Notes: a model not told the origin generated them from the sequence alone. DNA of 7,760 nt from Candidatus Woesearchaeota archaeon (GCA_964573185.1 CAZNIQ010000001.1:1-7760); one strand, 5' to 3'; shown: positions 1-5,282, counted from the stretch's first letter. A program made the numbers and translations.

Positions 1-689
1 ACAGCTTCATCAATAGATATTCCATCTGCGATAATCCTGCCACCTTTTATTACAATGATTCTTTCAGCATAAGATGCTACTTTAGGATCATGTGTAACTA
101 CAATTATGGTCTTTCCGTCTCTATGCAACTTCTTAAATAAATTCATTACTATTTTTGCAGATTCTACATCTAAAGCTCCGGTAGGCTCATCTGCTAAAAT
201 TAAATCAGGATCATTTGCTAGGGCTCTTGCAATAGCTACTCTCTGTTGCTGTCCTCCTGAAAGTTCAGAAGGTTTGTGATACAATCTATCTCCAAGACCT
301 ACCCATTCTAATAATTCTTTTGCTCTCTTAATTCTTTTCTTTTTTGGTATTCCTGCAAATATCATTGGTAATTCTACATTCTCTATAGCAGTCAAAGTCG
401 GTATTAAATAAAACATCTGGAAAACAAATCCAATTCTTTTATTTCTTATTTTTGCCAACTGATTATCATTTAATTTAGAGATATCTTTTCCAAAGATATA
501 AACTTTTCCCTTAGTAGGTTTGTCTAGACATCCTATTAAGTGTAATAAAGTTGATTTCCCAGATCCGGAAGGACCCATGATAGAAACGAACTCCCCCTCC
601 TTTATTCTAAGAGAAACATCTTTCAGAGCAATTACCTTCGTTTTTCCTAACTTATACACTTTCCAAACGTTCTCCAGCCTAACAATCAT
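1..689 (-). CDS. ABC transporter ATP-binding protein, LolD/MacB-type (COG1136-like). The 3' end runs off the left window edge.
   Basis: My reverse-complement translation from the ATG at 689..687 reads MIVRLENVWKVYKLGKTKVIALKDVSLRIKEGEFVSIMGPSGSGKSTLLHLIG...FVFQMFYLIPTLTAIENVELP...LSGGQQQRVAIARALANDPDLILADEPTGALD...IIVVTHD. Walker A is GPSGSGKST (549..575) and the ABC signature is LSGGQQQR (240..263). A Q-loop, Walker B (LILADEPT) and H-loop (VTHD) are also present. The frame stays open to position 1, which explains its absence from the ORF track. Confidence 0.93.
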   Translation of the reverse strand, partial: MIVRLENVWKVYKLGKTKVIALKDVSLRIKEGEFVSIMGPSGSGKSTLLHLIGCLDKPTKGKVYIFGKDISKLNDNQLAKIRNKRIGFVFQMFYLIPTLTAIENVELPMIFAGIPKKKRIKRAKELLEWVGLGDRLYHKPSELSGGQQQRVAIARALANDPDLILADEPTGALDVESAKIVMNLFKKLHRDGKTIIVVTHDPKVASYAERIIVIKGGRIIADGISIDEA

Positions 690-712
690 TAAAAAAGTAT
701 ATTACAGAAAAA

Positions 713-720
713 CTTATAAA
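713..720. promoter_or_regulatory. Candidate shared, bidirectional archaeal TATA box in the 52-bp divergent intergenic region.
   Basis: The site reads cTTATAAA on the plus strand and TTTATAAG on the minus strand. Its centre is about 25.5 nt from the plus-strand ATG at 742 and about 27.5 nt from the minus-strand ATG at 689. An A-rich, BRE-like run (agaaaaa, 707..712) lies on the plus-strand upstream side. This spacing would give leaderless transcripts in both directions. The call rests on the motif and its spacing alone. Confidence 0.4.
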
Positions 721-722
721 TG

Positions 723-737
723 GTAAGAAATTCTTAC
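723..737. promoter_or_regulatory. 15-bp perfect palindrome, a candidate operator between the TATA box and the AbrB-like start codon.
   Basis: GTAAGAA-a-TTCTTAC is perfectly self-complementary around a central A at 730. The half-site GTAAGAA recurs at 748..754, inside an imperfect 17-bp palindrome CTAGTAAGAATTTCTAG (745..761) that spans codons 2-7 of the AbrB-like gene. The palindromes are seen directly; their operator function is inferred. Confidence 0.35.
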
Positions 738-741
738 AATC

Positions 742-1020
742 ATGCTAGTAAGAATTTCTAGAGTATCTTCTAAAGGACAAATAGTCATACCTCAAGTAAT
801 AAGAGCAAAATTAAAGATAAAGGAGGGAGATTTATTTCTTTTCATACCATTAAGTCATGATTTAATATTGTTGAAGAGAATAAGTTTTGATACCGAAGAT
901 TATAAGAAATTTACTGAAGAGTTAGTGGAGGAGCTTAAGAAATTGAGAGTACAGATAAAAAAGGAGATAATAGACAAGGCCTTAAAAAACCTAATAAAAA
1001 AGTATCAAGAAAATGAATAG
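742..1020 (+). CDS. AbrB/SpoVT (MazE-like swapped-hairpin) family DNA-binding protein with a charged helical C-terminal tail.
   Basis: The N-terminus MLVRISRVSSKGQIVIPQVIRAKLKIKEGDLFLF matches the SpoVT-AbrB pattern (x-V-x-xx-GQIxIPxxIRxxLxIxxGD). The C-terminal half is a K/E-rich predicted helix. The start is ATG, and the last 8 nt overlap the next gene (1013..1020). Confidence 0.8.
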   Translation: MLVRISRVSSKGQIVIPQVIRAKLKIKEGDLFLFIPLSHDLILLKRISFDTEDYKKFTEELVEELKKLRVQIKKEIIDKALKNLIKKYQENE

Positions 1021-2383
1021 AATTTCTTTAATATTTTCCTTATTTTTAATTCCAGTAGCATTTTCATTGTATTTTGATTTAACAAAAAGCTATACTGTTC
1101 CGAAGATCATAGAACCAAATAAGGACTTTACTTACTTTTTATATTTGGTAAATAACGAGGGCACTCCTGTATATGATGTTAAAGTAAAATTTTATCCCCC
1201 AGAATGTCTAAAGCTTTCCAAAGATGAATACGATATAGATACATTATATAACATATACGTAATTCCTTTAAAAGTAGAAAACAATTGTGGAGAAGGTACT
1301 TATTGGATTGATGCAAAAATAGAATATTACAACAATAAAGGATATCAAGAGATAAAAGAAACGATACCAATAATAGTTACAAGCGTACCTAATATTCTTA
1401 TCAAAAAAGTAGAAAGTAAAAATGCGTATCCCGGTAAAATAGCAAATATAACAGTTTATTTAGATAAAAGGAATGTTTATGATTTGAGAGTTTATATAAA
1501 TAGCACTTGTGTATATCCTAAAACCTCTTATATTTATGTAGGAGATTCTAACAGCTTCTGGTTTGAGGTACATGTACCGTATAGGACCTACGGAATTTGC
1601 CCTATTGTTTTAACATTTGTCTATCAAGATTGGCAAGAAAATCAATATAAAGACGTAAAAGCTATTAGTATAAAGATAAATAAATTGCTGGGAGATGTAG
1701 AATTATATAATTATACTGTAAAAAATGATAATTTGATAATTAAAATAAAAAATAATTGGAATACTAAGATTTATAATGTTCATTTGGTTTTATCCTCTAG
1801 AGATATTTTATTCAAGAAAAGTGAGGCATACATAAAGGAGCTACAGCCTTATCAAATATATGAATTGAGATTTCCATTTATTAAAGATAAAGAAGGTAGA
1901 TTTCTCGTAACAATAAATATGTTTTATACAGATGAAAATGGAAACCTATACAATAAAACATTAGTAATACCGGTTGAAATCTTTAGTAAACCCGATGTAT
2001 TGGTAAAACTTCAGAAGGTAGAAGGAAATGACATTAGATTAATAGTGATAAATTCTGCAAACAGTGATGTAAAATCTTTATACTTAGAACTTTTACCCGG
2101 AGATTATAAAATAATTGGGAGTAGAATTATTTATATAGGGGATCTAGAGGCTAATGATTATGATACTGCAGAATTTAAGATTATACCATTAAATAAAACG
2201 GTTATCTTAAAGTTAAAAGTGTATTTTAAGGATGCTTTAGGCAAAGTACATGTTCTATCTAAAAATATAACAGTTACCTTTCCAGAAGAAAAGAAAAATA
2301 CCTCAATATATTATGCGCTATTGGTAATAGTCCCAGTGATAATATACTTTGTATTTAAGAAGAGAAAAAGAGAGGAAGAATGA
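1013..2383 (+). CDS. Membrane-anchored surface protein with four tandem CARDB/COG1361-like ('S-layer domain'-type) beta-sandwich repeats.
   Basis: An N-terminal signal-like segment (MNRISLIFSLFLIPVAFSL) is followed by four repeats of about 100 aa, at roughly aa 27-122, 123-222, 223-323 and 324-423. Repeat 4 is the clearest: IRLIVINSANSDVKSLYLELLPGDYKIIGSRIIYIGDLEANDYDTAEFKIIP...LKVYFKDALGKVHVLSKNITVTF. A C-terminal TM helix (IYYALLVIVPVIIYFVF) precedes a basic tail, KKRKREEE. There are seven N-x-S/T sequons. The gene overlaps its upstream neighbour by 8 nt and its downstream neighbour by 4 nt. Confidence 0.8.
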   Translation: MNRISLIFSLFLIPVAFSLYFDLTKSYTVPKIIEPNKDFTYFLYLVNNEGTPVYDVKVKFYPPECLKLSKDEYDIDTLYNIYVIPLKVENNCGEGTYWIDAKIEYYNNKGYQEIKETIPIIVTSVPNILIKKVESKNAYPGKIANITVYLDKRNVYDLRVYINSTCVYPKTSYIYVGDSNSFWFEVHVPYRTYGICPIVLTFVYQDWQENQYKDVKAISIKINKLLGDVELYNYTVKNDNLIIKIKNNWNTKIYNVHLVLSSRDILFKKSEAYIKELQPYQIYELRFPFIKDKEGRFLVTINMFYTDENGNLYNKTLVIPVEIFSKPDVLVKLQKVEGNDIRLIVINSANSDVKSLYLELLPGDYKIIGSRIIYIGDLEANDYDTAEFKIIPLNKTVILKLKVYFKDALGKVHVLSKNITVTFPEEKKNTSIYYALLVIVPVIIYFVFKKRKREEE

Positions 2384-3561
2384 AATTATTAGATTTTTTA
2401 TACTTAGCTTTTAGGAATTTACAAAGAAGAAAGCTTAGGTCATGGTTAACTACTTTAGGTATAATTATTGGAATTGCTACAGTCGTTTCTATCGTTTCTT
2501 TAAGTAAAGGGATGGAGAAGGCAATAGTAAGTTCTTTAGAAAAAATGGGAAAGGATAAAATAATGATATTACCTGGTCAAAAATCCTTTTCTCCGGGAAC
2601 TTTATTTGTAGGAAAACCCTTTTCAGAAGAAGATGTAAAGAAAATAGAGAGGTTGCCAGACATAGAATATGTTATTCCAATTACATTTACAACTAAGCAA
2701 ATTATTTTTAAGAATGAAATTTTTCCTACAATTATTTATGCTGTCCCTGTAGATAAGAAAATAGAGGTTTTCGGATATGAACTTTTAGATGGAAGATTTC
2801 TAAGCAAAAATGATAAAAACAAATGTAGAGTTTTATTAGGATATCAAATAGCGAAACACGTTTTTTCAAAAGAAATAGAAGTTGGAGATAAAATTATAAT
2901 TAATAATTACGAATGTAAAGTTGTTGGTATTTTGAAATCAACCGGATCTAGGTTTGATGATTATGCAATATATTTGCCATACTCCTTTGCAAAAGAACAT
3001 CTTGGGATGAAAGATATTAATCTTATACTTGTTAAAGCAGAAGATATTGAAAAAGCTAAAAAGGAATTAGAAAAATTATTAGAAAAAATTAGAGGAAAAG
3101 ATTTTTCTATATTAACTCCAGAACAGTTTATAGAGCAAGTAAAAACTATTCTAAATATTTTATCTTTCTTTGTAACAATCATTGCTAGTATATCTTTGTT
3201 AGTATCAGCTATTGGTATTATGAATACTATGTACATGGCTGTAGTTGAAAGAATAAGAGAAATAGGTATTCTAAAAGCTATAGGTGCAAGGAAAAGGGAC
3301 ATTATGTTAATATTTCTTTTAGAATCAGGTTTGATGGGGCTTATAGGTGGTATTATTGGTACTTTTGTAGGAATTCTTTTATCGTATGTTGCTGAATATA
3401 TAGCTCAAAATATAGGATTAATTATGTTCAAAGCTTACATAGATCCGTTATTTATAATAGGAGTATTAATATTTGCTTTCTTCGTAGGAGTAATTTCTGG
3501 AATTTTACCAGCAAGATCAGCAGCGAACCTAGATCCTGTAAAAGCTTTAAGATATGAATAA
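2380..3561 (+). CDS. ABC transporter permease, MacB/FtsX type (COG0577-like).
   Basis: The N-terminus FRNLQRRKLRSWLTTLGIIIGIATVVSIV provides TM1. A soluble extracytoplasmic domain of about 210 aa follows, then a C-terminal FtsX-type three-helix bundle with the conserved ERIREIGILKAIGARKRDIMLIFLLES motif and the ending LPARSAANLDPVKALRYE. The start overlaps the previous stop as ATGA. GAGG lies about 7 nt upstream. Confidence 0.92.
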   Translation: MKLLDFLYLAFRNLQRRKLRSWLTTLGIIIGIATVVSIVSLSKGMEKAIVSSLEKMGKDKIMILPGQKSFSPGTLFVGKPFSEEDVKKIERLPDIEYVIPITFTTKQIIFKNEIFPTIIYAVPVDKKIEVFGYELLDGRFLSKNDKNKCRVLLGYQIAKHVFSKEIEVGDKIIINNYECKVVGILKSTGSRFDDYAIYLPYSFAKEHLGMKDINLILVKAEDIEKAKKELEKLLEKIRGKDFSILTPEQFIEQVKTILNILSFFVTIIASISLLVSAIGIMNTMYMAVVERIREIGILKAIGARKRDIMLIFLLESGLMGLIGGIIGTFVGILLSYVAEYIAQNIGLIMFKAYIDPLFIIGVLIFAFFVGVISGILPARSAANLDPVKALRYE

Positions 3562-3566
3562 TAATT

Positions 3567-3914
3567 ATGAAGCTTGTTGTAGTCGTTAGAACGGATTTAA
3601 ATATGGGGAAGGGAAAAATTTGTGCTCAGGTTGCACATGCGGCAGTAGAATGTGTTTTAGAAACTTTAAAAAGAAATCCAGAAAAAGTTGAAAAATGGAG
3701 AAATGAAGGAGCTAAAAAAATTGTTCTAAAAGTTAAATCTGAAAAAGAATTAATTAAAATATATGAGAGAGCAAAGAAAGAGGGTTTAGTAACTGTTTTG
3801 ATTAAAGACGCTGGCTTAACACAGATTCCCCCCGGAACTATCACATGTGTAGGAATTGGGCCTGATGAGGATGAAAAAATTGATAAAATTACAGGTCATT
3901 TGAAGTTGTTATGA
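3567..3914 (+). CDS. pth2: Peptidyl-tRNA hydrolase, archaeal/eukaryotic Pth2 type.
   Basis: The protein is 115 aa with hallmark Pth2 segments: KLVVVVRTDLNMGKGKICAQVAHAAV and DAGLTQIPPGTITCVGIGP. It starts 5 nt after the permease stop, and its own stop overlaps the next ATG (ATGA). Confidence 0.93.
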   Translation: MKLVVVVRTDLNMGKGKICAQVAHAAVECVLETLKRNPEKVEKWRNEGAKKIVLKVKSEKELIKIYERAKKEGLVTVLIKDAGLTQIPPGTITCVGIGPDEDEKIDKITGHLKLL

Positions 3915-4291
3915 GTATAGAAGATATTATTACTCAGTTAGAAAAATACAATTTAAAAGGAAAGAAAATTATCATGAGAATTGTATATGAAGACGAAAGG
4001 TTAACAATACCACCATTAGAAAGCGTTACTATCAGAACGAACAACAATACTTTCTTTATTACTAAATCAGAAATCATTTGTGATGAAGGAAATTATGAAG
4101 AACAAGGTGTTTATATTTTATACTCTAAAGGGCATGTTAGGATCATTCATAGAGAGATAGAAGCTAGTCCTTATTTGGGAAGACCGGTTGCAGTAATAAT
4201 TATGAAACTTTCTGAAGTAACTATTCACTATAGCAGAAAATGTTATGAGTTGTTAGGAAATCACTGTGCTTACTTGGACTGTCGTATCTAA
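3911..4291 (+). CDS. Hypothetical protein of 126 aa; I recognise no family.
   Basis: The frame is intact, with an ATGA overlap to pth2 that suggests translational coupling, and composition like the neighbouring genes. A Cys-containing C-terminus reads CYELLGNHCAYLDCRI. No diagnostic motif was recognised. The coding call rests on ORF length, coupling and the absence of a competing frame. Confidence 0.55.
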   Translation: MSIEDIITQLEKYNLKGKKIIMRIVYEDERLTIPPLESVTIRTNNNTFFITKSEIICDEGNYEEQGVYILYSKGHVRIIHREIEASPYLGRPVAVIIMKLSEVTIHYSRKCYELLGNHCAYLDCRI

Positions 4292-4581
4292 ATTATTTTT
4301 ATTGGCCTTCCCTCAATTATTGCTTGAATAATTTTTTTTCTAGCAGAATTTACCAACCTTGAAACTTTTGACCTTGATACTTTCATTTTTTCTGCAGCTT
4401 GTTCTTGTGTTAAACCTTCATAATCCACTAATCTTAAAGCTTCTAATTCCTCTTTAGTTAAAACAATTGGTTCTGCATTTTTTATGGGGACTGGTATTAA
4501 TTGTTGAACATCATATTCAAAAGAGATAAAAACGGGTAGAGGTGGTCTCCCCCTATGTCTGTGCCTCCATCTCCATCCCAT
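4288..4581 (-). CDS. DUF134/UPF0251-family (COG1342-like) putative DNA-binding protein with a sigma-70 region-4-like HTH.
   Basis: The segment IVLTKEELEALRLVDYEGLTQEQAAEKMKVSRSKVSRLVNSARKKIIQAIIEG matches the DUF134 core. I place the start at the ATG at 4581..4579 (MGWRWRHRHRGRPP...), not at the track's TTG at 4596. That ATG overlaps the upstream stop as TAATG. Confidence 0.85.
   Translation of the reverse strand: MGWRWRHRHRGRPPLPVFISFEYDVQQLIPVPIKNAEPIVLTKEELEALRLVDYEGLTQEQAAEKMKVSRSKVSRLVNSARKKIIQAIIEGRPIKII
4293..4303 (+). terminator. Possible archaeal oligo-T termination signal for the plus-strand unit that ends at 4291.
   Basis: The sequence ttatttttatt has a T5 run at 4296..4300, immediately after the TAA at 4289..4291. 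It lies inside the 3' end of the convergent minus-strand gene. The call is based on the motif only. Confidence 0.25.
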
Positions 4582-4952
4582 TATTTCCAACCCCAACCTC
4601 TTCTGCCCGCTTGAATACCTAAAGGTAACTCTCCTTTTTCAGCTTTTACTGCAGCTTCTTTTACTGTAATTGGCGGTGAAGAGAATAATTTAACTCCCGA
4701 TTGTGATAATATAGCATAAGCATTTCCACCAAACTGACCGGCAACAACAGCATCTACATTTTTAGATAATATGAATTGTGCTAGTGCAACACCCTTACCT
4801 TTGCCGGTTATTAATCCCGGATTTTGATATACTTCATAATTTTTGATTTCTCCATTTTCTACTTCAACTATTATTATGTATGGAGCTTGTCCGAAGCTAG
4901 GACTAACTAGTGAATTTAAATCAGGTCCCAAAGATGCTATTGCCACCCTCAT
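4581..4952 (-). CDS. NifX/NifB-C-terminal-like protein (dinitrogenase FeMo-cofactor-binding family, COG1433-like).
   Basis: MRVAIASLGPDLNSLVSPSFGQAPYIIIVEVENGEIKNYEVYQNP...GVALAQFILSKNVDAVVAGQFGGNAYAILSQSGVKLF follows the family pattern (MKIAVAS...VSPHFGRAPYF..V....GEI..., then ..VIAG.IG..A...L...GI.V.). I chose the ATG at 4952 rather than the track's start at 5015. The family normally begins directly at this beta-strand, and the longer version would consume the promoter and palindrome region. The protein carries an unusual C-terminal tail, GRRGWGWK. Confidence 0.88.
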   Translation of the reverse strand: MRVAIASLGPDLNSLVSPSFGQAPYIIIVEVENGEIKNYEVYQNPGLITGKGKGVALAQFILSKNVDAVVAGQFGGNAYAILSQSGVKLFSSPPITVKEAAVKAEKGELPLGIQAGRRGWGWK

Positions 4953-4976
4953 AAGTTTAACATTTTTAATAAGCTT

Positions 4977-5004
4977 TATAAAATTTTCTATAGAAAATTT
5001 TATA
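4977..5004. promoter_or_regulatory. Perfect 28-bp palindrome containing two divergent TATA boxes: a candidate bidirectional promoter and operator.
   Basis: TATAAAATTTTCTA|TAGAAAATTTTATA is exactly self-complementary; I checked it base by base, and pairing fails at 4976/5005. The plus-strand TATA (TTTATATA, 4999..5006) is centred about 25.5 nt upstream of the ATG at 5028. The minus-strand TATA (TTTATAAA, complement of 4975..4982) is centred about 26.5 nt upstream of the ATG at 4952. This predicts two leaderless divergent transcripts. Confidence 0.5.
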
Positions 5005-5027
5005 TATTTTTGCACAAATGTTCAGAT

Positions 5028-5282
5028 ATGCCAAGGGGTTGGTGCTGGTATTGGATACTACAAGGAAAAGTACCAGAAATACAGATAGGAAATCAAAGAA
5101 TACCATTAGTACCCGGAAGAGGAATGGGATGGTTAATATGGTACAGCATGTTAACAGGACAGCAACCTCAAATTAAGGTAACGGAAAAGAACGATATAGA
5201 AGAATTAAAAGAAATAGTAAAGCAACTTGCAATACAAATAGAAGAATTAAAGAGAAGGATTGAAGAATTAGAAAGAAGATGA
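5028..5282 (+). CDS. DUF5320-like small protein: an MPRG N-terminus, a G/R/W-rich middle and a C-terminal coiled coil.
   Basis: The sequence reads MPRGWCWYW...PGRGMGW...EKNDIEELKEIVKQLAIQIEELKRRIEELERR. DUF5320 proteins, as I recall them, start MPRGDGTGP, carry G/R-rich repeats and end in an E/L/K coiled coil. They commonly sit beside DUF134 and NifX-like genes. I chose the ATG at 5028 rather than the track's TTG at 5010. The stop overlaps the next ATG (ATGA). Confidence 0.65.
   Translation: MPRGWCWYWILQGKVPEIQIGNQRIPLVPGRGMGWLIWYSMLTGQQPQIKVTEKNDIEELKEIVKQLAIQIEELKRRIEELERR

Noticed and set aside
520-726. 68-aa plus-strand ORF from the track.
   Set aside because: It lies antisense to the ABC ATPase gene, across the Walker A region. 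The minus-strand frame carries every canonical ABC motif, while this ORF has no recognisable features. It also runs into the promoter region. It is a shadow ORF.
1179-1370. 63-aa minus-strand ORF from the track.
   Set aside because: It is antisense within repeat 1 of the 456-aa surface protein gene. It has a low-complexity L/I/C composition and no start context. It is a shadow ORF typical of AT-rich DNA.
742-2383. The AbrB/MazE-like gene as the antitoxin of a type II toxin-antitoxin pair.
   Set aside because: The downstream overlapping gene encodes a 456-aa secreted, anchored repeat protein. It is not a PIN/VapC, MazF or other small toxin, and no small toxin-like ORF is available in any frame nearby. 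A regulator role fits better.
2961-3302. 113-aa minus-strand ORF from the track.
   Set aside because: It lies entirely antisense to the MacB/FtsX permease, including the conserved ERIREIG..LKA.GA region on the plus strand. It is a shadow ORF.
3626-3844. 72-aa minus-strand ORF from the track.
   Set aside because: It is antisense to pth2, whose plus-strand frame has unmistakable Pth2 motifs.
4582-4596. The track's TTG start at 4596 for the DUF134 gene (MGLEI extension).
   Set aside because: An in-frame ATG at 4581 forms a TAATG stop/start overlap with the upstream gene, the usual coupling arrangement. The TTG extension adds 5 residues with no support. The choice remains uncertain without N-terminal data.
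4953-5015. The track's longer N-terminus for the NifX-like gene (MQKYIKFSIENFIKLIKNVKL...).
   Set aside because: The extension would be translated from the AT-rich intergenic palindrome and TATA region. Family members start directly at the M-[KR]-h-A-h-A-S strand. The ATG at 4952 sits at ideal leaderless spacing from a TATA box.
5010-5027. The track's TTG start at 5010 for the DUF5320-like gene (MHKCSD extension).
   Set aside because: The ATG at 5028 gives the family-typical MPRG N-terminus and lies about 26 nt from the TATA box. The TTG at 5010 would lie only a few nt from that box.
4843-5088. 81-aa plus-strand ORF from the track. Its tail (...CQGVGAGIGYYKEKYQKYR) overlaps the DUF5320-like N-terminus in another frame and looks superficially like the G-rich N-terminus of canonical DUF5320 proteins. 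That raised the idea of a frameshift.
   Set aside because: Most of the ORF is antisense to the well-supported NifX-like gene, and it crosses the promoter palindrome. The G-rich stretch is only about 9 aa and ends in a stop at 5088. The ATG-5028 frame gives an uninterrupted MPRG...coiled-coil protein with the expected architecture. A frameshift is therefore not needed. It would be worth revisiting only if orthologues show GxGxG at this position.
5190-5282. Repeated DNA words gaagaatta(a/g)a, three copies, which look like a short tandem repeat.
   Set aside because: They are in-frame EEL(K/E) codon repeats of the coiled-coil heptads of the DUF5320-like protein. They are not a non-coding repeat or a mobile-element feature.
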